A stretch of 64,000 nucleotides of DNA from Candidatus Heimdallarchaeota archaeon (GCA_030603365.1 JAUVXV010000001.1:288001-352000), one strand, 5' to 3'. Positions 41,163 through 50,624 are shown, counted from the first letter of the stretch. The notes: generated from the sequence alone by a model not told the origin. A program made the numbers and translations.

Positions 41163-42566
41163 CTAAAGTTCTTTTAGTAATCTTCTGAAATCATTTAACC
41201 ATCGGGCTGCTTGGAATTCAAGTTTCTCACAATCTTCTTCTTTGATTACTTCCTGGGGATTGTATTTTGAAATAATTGCTTTCCAACTATTCATATCATC
41301 GATGGCCCAATGATCTTTTGGAATAGATGGAAACGTTTTCAATATGTGAAGCATCTCATCAATATCTGCTAGTAATAAATCAGCTCTAGCAACTGATTTT
41401 AACCTAGTCAGATCAATCAGCTCAATTGCTGAAGCAACAAAATCTGCAGTTTTTGTAGGCATCTTCTTTAATGTGTCAAATGGTATAGACACTGTATCTT
41501 CAGTTTCGATTCCTTCTGCGATTTTTAACTGTTTAATACCTTTAGGATATTTATTTTCTAAACCTTCTCGATTTAGGAATGCTTCTAAGCTGAATCCTAT
41601 CTTTTCTAATCGCATACGGGTTTTGAAAATGTCTCTGATTAGAGATTTTAACTGCTTTCTATATGCAATCTGCTCTATTTCATTATCTTCATAACCTTGT
41701 ATTAAGGTGTTCAGAGTAGCTATAGATGCAAATAAATCTGCTTCTAAATCCATTATTAGTTCATCTTCTTTAGTCATATCACCACTTGATCTGGTTTTAA
41801 CTTGATTTAGCTGTTTCTCAGCTTTAAAACCTTTTTTCGTATATCTTTTATGCAACTTAAGATATTCAATGTTTGTCATATCTCCATCTTCAAATTTCTC
41901 TTGAACTACTTCTAATGTATCTTGAATTGCTACAAATTCAGCTTGCAAGTCTTCTTCTCTTGAAATAGCAAGTTCTTTTGTTTTTGTTTCAATTCCTCCT
42001 TTCTTCAAGAGAGATTCTCTCTCCTTTTCGATTTCTCTGGAGATTTTTTCTATTTCACTTTGATGCTCTACTATAGAATCATCCAAAGTTTGTTTTTCTG
42101 CAACCATATGTCTACTTGTTGTTGCCAATGAAACCTGAGGTAGTTCTTTTATAGGAATTTTAGCAATAGTCAAACCTGAAATTCTTTCTTCCCTTTTGTG
42201 TTTCTTAACTTTTGTTTTATAAGGTTTAGCAGGAACATTTGTGAATAAATTCTTAATATCCTCAATTACCTGAAAAATGTGAATATCAGATCGCCATTCA
42301 GCAAGAATACGTAAGCTTAATGTTCCATCATCCTCCACATTGGGATGATTTACTTTAGGAGTGATATCAGCAAAGGGAGGTACTTCAGGGAAACCATCTT
42401 GAATATAAATATTGGCGAATATTGGGATTTCGGTACCCTCTATTGTACCTACATATCCTTTCCATTGTTTTAAATTCCCTCTAACGGGTTCAAAATTTAA
42501 TTGTTTATCAAATATTAATTGCATTTCATTTGCGAGTAGGTAATCGTCTGGGGAAATTTTGTTCAC
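41163..42566 (-). CDS. ESCRT-I fusion: UEV/E2-like domain + coiled coil/steadiness box (Vps23/37) + Vps28
   Basis: FPEVPP...HPNVEDDGTLSLRILAEW (E2 fold, Ser at the catalytic Cys position), FEDGDMTNIEYLK, EADLFASIATL, C-terminal Vps28-like bundle. Confidence 0.85.
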   Translation of the reverse strand: MNKISPDDYLLANEMQLIFDKQLNFEPVRGNLKQWKGYVGTIEGTEIPIFANIYIQDGFPEVPPFADITPKVNHPNVEDDGTLSLRILAEWRSDIHIFQVIEDIKNLFTNVPAKPYKTKVKKHKREERISGLTIAKIPIKELPQVSLATTSRHMVAEKQTLDDSIVEHQSEIEKISREIEKERESLLKKGGIETKTKELAISREEDLQAEFVAIQDTLEVVQEKFEDGDMTNIEYLKLHKRYTKKGFKAEKQLNQVKTRSSGDMTKEDELIMDLEADLFASIATLNTLIQGYEDNEIEQIAYRKQLKSLIRDIFKTRMRLEKIGFSLEAFLNREGLENKYPKGIKQLKIAEGIETEDTVSIPFDTLKKMPTKTADFVASAIELIDLTRLKSVARADLLLADIDEMLHILKTFPSIPKDHWAIDDMNSWKAIISKYNPQEVIKEEDCEKLEFQAARWLNDFRRLLKEL

Positions 42567-42644
42567 CTAACTTTTTATTTCTAATAAATGAATACACTCA
42601 AACTTTAAAAAATATTGCATTTAAAATGGTATTTTTCACACATA

Positions 42645-43652
42645 TTAATTAGTTATTTGAAGTACTACCTTTATTGGTTTAGCAAGATTTTTGTCAATTA
42701 TAAACGCTATAGCTTTAGATTTGGTAATTACATCCTTGATCTCTTTTTCTGGACTAAGCATTTTTCCTTGAATCATTATATCGGGCTTTGCCAAACCATA
42801 AGTTAAAACTAACCTCAAAATTAGATCCTTTACCGTCTCTTCAGGATTTACCACAAATTCAATTTGCTCTAGTTTGTATAGTTCTCCACAAGTTGGACAT
42901 TCTTCTGATTTTACAAGTTCTAAAATAGTTGTAGCATTACTCAAACCATCATAGAACATATAATTGTCTAAAGTATTTCCTATTCCTAATATTAACTTTA
43001 ATGCTTCTTGGGACATAAATCCTGCAATTATAGATGATAAAGTTGCTACTGCAGGTAACGGAGGTTCTTTTTCTAATTCATCTTGCCTTTCCTTCTTTCT
43101 TTCTTCTCCAAAAGGAGTACATGCTTGAGCAAGCTCTTCATCAGGAACTAGCGGTTGGCACTCAAAACATGCTGTTTCATAAGGTTTTATGACTTGAACA
43201 TTACCTAAGAATGCAAACATACCTCCCATAACAAGAGGGGCTTTTACTCTAACTGCCATCGAGTTTATCCATCTTCTTCCTATGAATGTGTCTAGACACG
43301 CGATTATAACATCAGCTTCTTCATAGATAGCAGAAGATACATCCTCCATTTTTTCATGAATGAATTCAATCTCACATTTAGGATTGAGTGGTTTCAGGTT
43401 TTCAGCAGCTATTTGGGATTTTGATTTTCCAACATCTTTATCTCTAAAAAGTAACTGTCTGTTTAAATTAGAGATTTCAATGGTGTCAAAATCAATAATG
43501 ATCAGTTTTCCTATACCAGAAGAAACAAGAATTGTTGCAACATAGCTTCCAATTGCTCCTATTCCAACAAGAACAATAGTACTTTTAGTTAGTTTATCCT
43601 GATCCCAACCAGGTATCAGTGTCTGTCTGGAATAGCGTTCATCATCACTCAT
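42645..43652 (-). CDS. Ubiquitin-activating E1 (ThiF/UBA family) with C-terminal ubiquitin-fold-like domain
   Basis: RYSRQ, GIGAIG, DTIEISNLNRQ, CFEC...ACT, CPTC; adjacent to ubiquitin. Confidence 0.92.
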   Translation of the reverse strand: MSDDERYSRQTLIPGWDQDKLTKSTIVLVGIGAIGSYVATILVSSGIGKLIIIDFDTIEISNLNRQLLFRDKDVGKSKSQIAAENLKPLNPKCEIEFIHEKMEDVSSAIYEEADVIIACLDTFIGRRWINSMAVRVKAPLVMGGMFAFLGNVQVIKPYETACFECQPLVPDEELAQACTPFGEERKKERQDELEKEPPLPAVATLSSIIAGFMSQEALKLILGIGNTLDNYMFYDGLSNATTILELVKSEECPTCGELYKLEQIEFVVNPEETVKDLILRLVLTYGLAKPDIMIQGKMLSPEKEIKDVITKSKAIAFIIDKNLAKPIKVVLQITN

Positions 43653-43772
43653 GAAGTGTACAACCCTTGATATTTCTTTTAGAATTATCCGATATAAGTT
43701 TTTTTTTACTTAGTTATTGAACTAAAACACATTCAGAAAAGAGAATTATTATGAAAAAAAGCATAAAGAAAA

Positions 43773-44009
43773 TTAAGAACCACCTTTGGTTCTAGCAATA
43801 AGATAGCATTTGTCGCCATCCATCATACCTGTCTGTTTTAGGATTTCACTGTCATCTAGTTGTTTTCCATGAAAAACAATAATAACTGTGTTTGCAGGAA
43901 TCTTCTTCTTCTTTGCTACTTCTCTTTTTAATTGTGCTACTGTTGAATGTGGATCAACATCCAATTCAATTGATCCCCCACCAATTGCTGTAACTACTGA
44001 AATACGCAC
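43773..44009 (-). CDS. Ubiquitin (pro-form ending -GG-S)
   Basis: ELDVDPHSTVAQLK, IP, IVFHGKQLDD, ARTKGGS; GTG start with aggtg RBS. Confidence 0.92.
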   Translation of the reverse strand: MRISVVTAIGGGSIELDVDPHSTVAQLKREVAKKKKIPANTVIIVFHGKQLDDSEILKQTGMMDGDKCYLIARTKGGS

Positions 44010-44111
44010 TTTTTTTACACCTAACCTATTCTACTCTTTTCTAGAACATATTCATTATTAAAGCTTACCAAATTGTACGAGCTAAAATCTTGATGAACAA
44101 ATCTAGAAATA

Positions 44112-44504
44112 TCAAGATCTAACTATTTTCTTCTTCTCTCCTTTTCTTTTTATTGTAATAGAAGAAGGTATACCTTCAATTTCCCTCTCCAGTTTTTTAA
44201 TCCCTAATCTTGATATTTGTTTTCCCTCTAAAAATCCAATTTTGATCATATAGAGAACATTTTTAAAAATAATTTCTGCTGTTTGTTTTTTATTTGGACT
44301 ATTATATAGATCTGACCAATAATCATAAGCTTCTGGAACCAAAAAGAATTGCATTAGAGATATTTTATCCTTTTCTTCAATACTTTGAGGTGCTTCTTCA
44401 GCGTTTTTCAGCTCTTCCATTCGCTCTTTTCTCTGTTCAGCGATACGCATGAGTTCTTGCGCTTTTTTCTTTCTTATTGCATCCAATTCATCATCGGTGG
44501 TCAT
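44112..44504 (-). CDS. PDCD5/TFAR19-like dsDNA-binding protein, divergent
   Basis: DDELDAIRKKKAQEL N-terminus, FLVPEA, C-terminal ITIKRK. Confidence 0.6.
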   Translation of the reverse strand: MTTDDELDAIRKKKAQELMRIAEQRKERMEELKNAEEAPQSIEEKDKISLMQFFLVPEAYDYWSDLYNSPNKKQTAEIIFKNVLYMIKIGFLEGKQISRLGIKKLEREIEGIPSSITIKRKGEKKKIVRS

Positions 44505-44794
44505 AACATCTCTTATTTTCAAAACATTAAGTCAAGTTATAAATCTATTTTTCAATAACATTGAACAATTATTTACAAATAAAAGTGTGAAATTTGGTGA
44601 TAATACTTTTATCTCGTTTAAAAAACTACAAGGTACTGGAGATAGGTGATTGGATTGAATAATACAATTCATGATGAGTTGTTTAGTTTTTAAATTTCAT
44701 CGTAGATTAATTTTAAAGATTTTAACTTTGAAAGAAGTGTCCTGCCAAAAATACTTTAAATAATCAAAACAAAGCATAATTAACAGAAGTTACC

Positions 44795-45448
44795 ATGAAC
44801 CAGAGGATTATCCAGATGTTTGAAGAGAAGAAAAATCAAAGAATCGCTAGAATCATCGAATTACCGATTCCAACAGATTTCTTTGATATGCTTCAAGATC
44901 TGATATCTTACTATGGTAACACTGACAAAGCAATTCTTGAATCTATTAAATCGCATCATAAAGAGCAGTTTGGGACTCTTGATGACTTTAAAATATCTAT
45001 TTCACCCATAGCTACAAGGTCAGTACGTCAAGCATCATCTATCAATGCTTCAGTAACTGATGCAAGACTAGCTAAGATAGTTGAAAATGGAAAGAGGATG
45101 GAAAAAAGAACTCAGAAAGAAATTAAGAAAGTGGATAATTTACTTAATAAACTGGAAGACTTAACAGCTCTCAAAGAACTGAAAGACGAAATTAGTTCTA
45201 TGAAATCAATGATTGAAAGGATTCAATCTACTGGAGGAATAACAAGTAGAACAAGAGGTTCAAGAGCAGATTTATCTTCGCTAGATGTGTCTGTTGTTGA
45301 CCAAATTGATACACCATTATCTCCACCTGAACGTCCTCTCCTGGATACAGTTTTAGACAGTATGCTTTTCTTTGATGATGAAGACCTATTAGACGATAAT
45401 AGCGATGATGAAAAAGAAGAAGAAAAAGAAACTGAAGATAAAAACTAA
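44795..45448 (+). CDS. Hypothetical protein with coiled coil and acidic tail
   Basis: 217-aa ORF with plausible promoter and coding composition. Confidence 0.7.
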   Translation: MNQRIIQMFEEKKNQRIARIIELPIPTDFFDMLQDLISYYGNTDKAILESIKSHHKEQFGTLDDFKISISPIATRSVRQASSINASVTDARLAKIVENGKRMEKRTQKEIKKVDNLLNKLEDLTALKELKDEISSMKSMIERIQSTGGITSRTRGSRADLSSLDVSVVDQIDTPLSPPERPLLDTVLDSMLFFDDEDLLDDNSDDEKEEEKETEDKN

Positions 45449-45451
45449 AAC

Positions 45452-45997
45452 TTAGGGATCTAATTTCTTTGCTTGTTCTACTAGAAGTTCAGCTATTTCT
45501 GAAAAAGCCTCCTCTACATGGGCTCCTGTTAATGCACTTGTTTGGAAACTGCTATGACTTTTAAGTTTAGTATGGGTTTCATCACATTCCTTTTTAGAAA
45601 CAGCAATTTGATTTTTCAAATCTTCTTTATTTCCTACCAAAATTTTGACCACATCTTTTCCACAATTTTCAGAGAACTCCTTGCTCCATTTCTGAACGTT
45701 CTTTAGAGTGGCTGCTCTAGTTAAATCATAAACTAATAAAGCTGCTTTAGCACCAATATAGAAAGTATGACGAATAAATCTAAATCTTTCCTGACCTGCC
45801 AAATCCCAAATTGAAAGCGCTACTCTTGTTCCGTCTTTCAGATCTACATGTTTTTCAGAAGGTTCCATTCCAATCGTCATCAAGTAAGAACTGTCAAATC
45901 TACCATGAACAAATCTTTGAACCAAACTGGTTTTCCCTACAGCAGCATCTCCTAATAATAGAATTTTAAAATTATAATCTGGTTGAAGTTTACTCAT
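45452..45997 (-). CDS. Rab-like small GTPase
   Basis: GDAAVGKTS, TIG, WDLAGQERF, NKED, SAL; no C-terminal Cys prenylation motif. Confidence 0.95.
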   Translation of the reverse strand: MSKLQPDYNFKILLLGDAAVGKTSLVQRFVHGRFDSSYLMTIGMEPSEKHVDLKDGTRVALSIWDLAGQERFRFIRHTFYIGAKAALLVYDLTRAATLKNVQKWSKEFSENCGKDVVKILVGNKEDLKNQIAVSKKECDETHTKLKSHSSFQTSALTGAHVEEAFSEIAELLVEQAKKLDP

Positions 45998-46001
45998 TTT
46001 C

Positions 46002-46310
46002 TTAATCTCCTAGTGTTTTAGATAGTTCTTCGAGCTCGTTATTAAGGCTAGATAAATAGAATGATTCGAAATTTCCTTGAGCTCTCTCAATAGTAGTAAG
46101 AGATACACATAAGTCCAGAGCAGTCTCCTTGAGCTCTTTTTCATGATCCTTTGGGATGTAAGACTCTATCTTACTTTGTGCTCTTTTAGCAAGTGTTGAA
46201 ATTTCTTTACTATCAGCTAATCCATCCTCATATGCAGTAAGGGTTTTTTGCATCCAAATAACTGCTTTCTTGAGTTCACTTATATTATCAAGTGGTGAAA
46301 CAGCATTCAT
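46002..46310 (-). CDS. Hypothetical helical protein, likely co-transcribed with the GTPase
   Basis: 4-bp gap to the GTPase start; its 3' end holds an aggag RBS. Confidence 0.65.
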   Translation of the reverse strand: MNAVSPLDNISELKKAVIWMQKTLTAYEDGLADSKEISTLAKRAQSKIESYIPKDHEKELKETALDLCVSLTTIERAQGNFESFYLSSLNNELEELSKTLGD

Positions 46311-46372
46311 TACAAATAAGAAAAAGAAACAGCGTTAATATAATTTGCGTTTGCTAGTAAAGAAAATAAAAC

Positions 46373-46410
46373 AAAAAAAAGAGGGAAAATCCCTCTCCAC
46401 TCCCATAATA
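46373..46410 (-). terminator. Hairpin + T-run terminator-like element marking the left edge of the island
   Basis: gaggga-aaa-tccctc stem, A8 run on + (T8 on -), followed by ctccactcc, also found at 49148 and 58828. Confidence 0.55.
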
Positions 46411-46428
46411 AATGAGGAGATTGAAATT

Positions 46429-47082
46429 TTAGTAATCAGATTTTTTCTTCTTACATTTACAAATCATTAATAGGGCAACAATAATGGAAGTAAGAGGAAG
46501 GACAATTGAAAGCGGTTTGTATTCAGGGATTATATAGTCAAATGGAATATAAGTGATGTTCATCACTCCCGAACTCATCTGAAGTATAGCTTCATAAGCA
46601 TCACCAAGAGTAGTATTATAAAATAGAGTTTCTATATAGATAGGTCTCCAGAAGGTATAATTACCATCAGGAAGATAAGGAAGGTCTGTTTGGTTGACGT
46701 AGAAAATCATAGGGTGAACTTCAACAGTGATACCAGGAGGGTAGGAACAAGTCTCTACAGAACCAGAACCAATCGATCTAACTGTTAGCTCTAAAGATTG
46801 ATTGACAAAAGACACATTGAGAAATACATAAGGTGATGTACTTGATTCAATAAGCGTTTGGTTTTGGTCATCTCTATTTAATATTTCCACAGTTGCGTTA
46901 AGACTGAATTGAGTAGTATTTGGTTTAAGGAGGTTAGGATATGAATTGATGGAAATATCACTGATCAATGATACTCTTGAACTAACGATAGTATATTCAC
47001 CTTCAACAGATGCAATATTAGACAGGATTAAAAGTTGTAATAATGCTAATGATATAGTGATTTTTTTCACTGAATGTTTCAC
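46429..47082 (-). CDS. Secreted, C-terminally anchored hypothetical protein (paralog 1)
   Basis: Signal peptide, LPYLPDGNYTFWRP, TM plus basic tail; ggagg RBS. Confidence 0.8.
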   Translation of the reverse strand: MKHSVKKITISLALLQLLILSNIASVEGEYTIVSSRVSLISDISINSYPNLLKPNTTQFSLNATVEILNRDDQNQTLIESSTSPYVFLNVSFVNQSLELTVRSIGSGSVETCSYPPGITVEVHPMIFYVNQTDLPYLPDGNYTFWRPIYIETLFYNTTLGDAYEAILQMSSGVMNITYIPFDYIIPEYKPLSIVLPLTSIIVALLMICKCKKKKSDY

Positions 47083-47157
47083 ATTATTCTACCTCCTTAA
47101 AGCAATCAATTTTCGATATGTGTTCATTTATACTTATGCATAATATATTATAAACAT

Positions 47158-47935
47158 TCATGCTAACCTTCCCTCTGTATATGCCTTACCGCATGCAAGA
47201 TATAAATCAACATACCCATAACCCATCTGGTCAAATGTACTTCTGGAACTAGCATATTGCAAGATATCAATAACTTTTTGAACAGTGGGATCAGTCGAAG
47301 AACCGATTCCATTATGATATCCTGTAATTATTAAAGCTATTATGCCTGCGAGATAAGGTGTGCTATAACTTGTTCCACAATGATATCTCCAGATACTTAT
47401 AGGTTGACCGTATCCGTCAAATCCCCATGTTAAAGCTGGTATCCCATTTCCAGGATCAAGCCAGTTAACAATGTGATTCCCCGTTTCATATGATTCATAC
47501 CAAGAAGAGAAAATTGATTTTCCATTTTTCGTAGACACTGGAGCTCCTACAGGTCGAGTTTCATGGTCTATTGAACCAATAGAATACCACTGAGAATAGT
47601 AACTAGGATACAGTCTATAATCACTACCATCGAAGTTTCGATAATTACCAACATTAAAATATCCATTTCCAGATGCACATATCATTATAACCCCCTTATT
47701 GATCAGGCTATCCCACTTGGTTGCAATATTAGGGGTAGAATATAATATGTCATCAACAAAATCTTGAGACCATGTAATGATATCTATGTCATATGTTGCT
47801 TGATTATCATCTAACCACGTCCATAAATCAAGATCACCTTCATAAAATTCGTAAGGGTCTTGTCCAAAGAAATCAACAAGTTGCATATCCACAAAGTTAT
47901 CAGAATTTCGTAGGATTTGAAACAGTTGAAGTAAT
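47158..47935 (-). pseudogene. 5'-truncated subtilisin-like (S8) serine protease
   Basis: ASGNG oxyanion and GTSYSTPYLAG Ser motifs, GYGYVD; catalytic Asp/His region absent, upstream frame closed. Confidence 0.8.
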
Positions 47936-48050
47936 TCAAATTAGGATTATAGTGAGTAATGTTATCTATGATTAATTCTTTCAAAGTTTCATTATTATTA
48001 ATTTTATAGAAAAAGAAAATGAGATTTTATTACAAGTTAATGAATAAAAA

Positions 48051-48695
48051 TCATCGTTTTCTCTTCTTAATATAGAGTATAAATATGATTATAGTTACCA
48101 TTGTAAGTGGAAAGGCAAGCGAAAGGGCAGTATACTCAGGGATTGTATAGTCAAATGGAATATAAGTGATATTCATTTCCCCTGAACTCATCCGAAGTAT
48201 AGCTTCATAAGCATCACCAGGAGTAGTATTATAAAATGGAGTTTCTATATTGATTGGTCTCCAGAAGGTATAATTACCATCAGGAAGATAAGGAAGGTCT
48301 GTTTGATTGACGTAGAAAATCATAGGGTGAACTTCAACAGTGATACCAGGAATGAAGGAACGAGACTCTACAGAACCAGAATCAAACGCATAAACTTCAA
48401 GTTCTAAGGATTGATTAACTAAAGACACATTGAGGAATACGTAAGGTATTGTATTTGGTTCAATAACTGTTCGATTTTGGTCATCTCTATTTAATACTTC
48501 TACAGTTGCGTTAAGACTGAATTGAGTAGTATTTGGTCTAATGATACTGGGAAATGAATTGATAGATATGTCACTGATCAAAGAAACTCTCGAACTAACA
48601 ATAGTATATTCACCTTCAACAGATGCAATGTTAGATAGGATTAATAGTTGGAATAATACCAATGTTATAGTAATCTTTTTCACTGAAAGTTTCAT
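48051..48695 (-). CDS. Secreted, C-terminally anchored hypothetical protein (paralog 2)
   Basis: Colinear and highly similar to 46429-47082. Confidence 0.8.
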   Translation of the reverse strand: MKLSVKKITITLVLFQLLILSNIASVEGEYTIVSSRVSLISDISINSFPSIIRPNTTQFSLNATVEVLNRDDQNRTVIEPNTIPYVFLNVSLVNQSLELEVYAFDSGSVESRSFIPGITVEVHPMIFYVNQTDLPYLPDGNYTFWRPINIETPFYNTTPGDAYEAILRMSSGEMNITYIPFDYTIPEYTALSLAFPLTMVTIIIFILYIKKRKR

Positions 48696-48770
48696 ATTAT
48701 TCTACCTCCTTGAAATAATCAATTTTCAATATATTTTTATTTATACATATACTTAATATGTTATAAACAT

Positions 48771-48832
48771 TCATGCTAATCCCCCCTCAGTATAAGTTCT
48801 ACCATATGCAATATAAATATCCACATAGCCAT
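48771..48832 (-). pseudogene. Last ~20 codons of a second S8 protease copy
   Basis: GYVDIYIAYGRTYTEGGLA* versus GYVDLYLACGKAYTEGRLA* at 47158. Confidence 0.8.
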
Positions 48833-49128
48833 GGGAAAATGAATTGAAGAAAGTAGATTTAGAACCATTAGGTAGATGTAAAAAATTGAAAGGGATATAT
48901 TTGATAAGAAATAAGATAGAAGAGATAGATCTAACACCATTAGGGAAGTGTAAGGAATTGAGGGAAGTGAGTTTATCATCAAATAGGATAAGGAAAATAG
49001 ATTTGAGACCATTAAAGAAATGTGAAAAATTGGAGAGTCTGACACTGTTTTGGAATCCAATAGAAGAGATGGAGAGAGAAAGTAGAGACATACTAAAGAA
49101 ATACTATGAAATAATAAAAAAAGAATGA
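48831..49128 (+). pseudogene. 5'-truncated LRR gene, paralog of 58359-58808
   Basis: Ungapped alignment to 58511-58808; begins abruptly at the S8 fragment junction. Confidence 0.85.
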
Positions 49129-49237
49129 AAAAGGGCAGAGAGCCCGACTCCACTCCAAGAATAATGGGCCGAAAGACCCAGAAGAAAGAGATTAAACAGA
49201 TTGTGAAACTTCAACAGGTTGTTCTACTAAAAACTCG
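48831..49237. repeat. 407-bp direct repeat, left copy (LRR 3' part + terminator hairpins + wHTH gene tail)
   Basis: Ungapped match to 58511-58917, offset 9680; about 51 mismatches by hand count (~87%). Confidence 0.95.
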
Positions 49238-49305
49238 TGAATAAGTATTTTCCTTCTTTAAATATCAATTGGAGAATAAGTAAGAAAAAGAGAAGAGAAA
49301 TACCA

Positions 49306-49620
49306 ATGAACTGGCAAATGATCTTCAAGATTTATGTAGAAGGAAAAGAAGGAAAGATAGAACTAACGAGATACAATATAACAACAGTAGACGGACTGAA
49401 ATTCTTCTTGAAGAACCTCTATGAAGAACAGAAAGGATGGTTAGTAGAGAAGAGGGAGAAGAGGGCATGGAATTACGAGATAGTATTTACAGACGAACTA
49501 GGAAGAGAAGTAGAGCTGAAGAAACTAAATGAACTGATACATGAGAGTGAGGAGATAATAAGTTTCTTCGAGATGACAGAGCTAACAATAGGAGAATTAT
49601 TAGTGGAGGGAATAGGATGA
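49306..49620 (+). CDS. Hypothetical element protein
   Basis: Purine-rich ORF, ATGA-coupled to the next ORF. Confidence 0.6.
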   Translation: MNWQMIFKIYVEGKEGKIELTRYNITTVDGLKFFLKNLYEEQKGWLVEKREKRAWNYEIVFTDELGREVELKKLNELIHESEEIISFFEMTELTIGELLVEGIG

Positions 49621-49811
49621 TAGAGATAATCAGTTACATTGTAGCATTATTCCTCATCTGGAGTCTGATCATTCTAGAGGAAGGAGGAAGGTTTCCAATA
49701 AACGAAAGAATAGTAGTAAAGTATTGGGGTTTGAATAACGATGATTACAGAAAAATCAAGTATAAAATTAAGAAAGAGAAAAGAACTAAGAGTGAAGAGA
49801 AGGGAATTTAG
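49617..49811 (+). CDS. Small membrane hypothetical protein
   Basis: N-terminal hydrophobic helix, ggaggg RBS, ATGA overlap. Confidence 0.5.
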   Translation: MIEIISYIVALFLIWSLIILEEGGRFPINERIVVKYWGLNNDDYRKIKYKIKKEKRTKSEEKGI

Positions 49812-49819
49812 GGAGATAT

Positions 49820-50544
49820 GTGAATTAACAGTAAAAGAGATCTCAGGTTTCATTTCAATAGGATTATTTATCTTAGGAGTAGGGATATTGACCAAACTCT
49901 TCATTAAGGAAGTAGGAGGAGTAGGAGTTTTCTTTATAGTAATGGGATGCATATGACTAAGTTTTTGTCTATTGTATTTTCTTCCTACTCCAGAGAGAGT
50001 AATGGATGAAGCAATAGCAGATGAAAGAAGGATGAATGGTTTCTCCAACATACTTAGAAGGATAGAAGATATGGAGGAGTTGAAAGAGATAGAAAGCAAG
50101 ATGTGGGATGTAAAAGAGATAAGAGTGAAGATAAGGAATTACGAGGAAGAGGAAAAAGAGGAAATAGAGTTCAAAATAACAGATTATCTAGAAAGAAAAG
50201 AACGACCAGAATTAAGAGGTATGTACTACTTAGAAAAGAAACCATTAGAAAAAATGTATCTTAAGGTAAGTACAGAATTGTGGAGAAGAGTGGAAGAGAG
50301 AAGACAGGAAAAAAGAAAGAAGATGGGAAAAATAAGGTTGAAATCTCTCCGGAAAACTGGGGAGGGACATGTGATAATACTTGGAAAGAGATTGAATGGA
50401 CAGAAGTTCTGGAAAAGAAAAGAGAAAGTAGAATTCTTTGTTGCGAAGGAGAAGTTAGAAGAACAAAAGGTTAGACCAACGATCATGAAAGAGCTTGGAT
50501 TTGAGCAGAAAGAAAGATTCAGATTACTAATAGAACAAGAATAA
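49820..50544 (+). pseudogene. Two-TM + charged-domain element gene interrupted by in-frame TGA (49954-49956); start uncertain
   Basis: ORFs 49741-49956 and 49972-50544 share a frame; read-through gives a continuous hydrophobic helix MGCI*LSFCLLYFLP. Confidence 0.55.
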
Positions 50545-50624
50545 GGATAAGATATTAATCTTTTCAGTTACTTGTTTTGGATGTCCTGAAAAATCTTTTA
50601 AGTTATCTTTCATATGTTAAAAAG

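Larger units (their letters stand above)
46429..48832. repeat. Diverged direct repeat: 46429-47219 and 48051-48832 (offset 1613 bp)
   Basis: Both copies contain the paralogous gene, its upstream intergenic region and the 3' end of an S8 protease gene. Confidence 0.9.
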
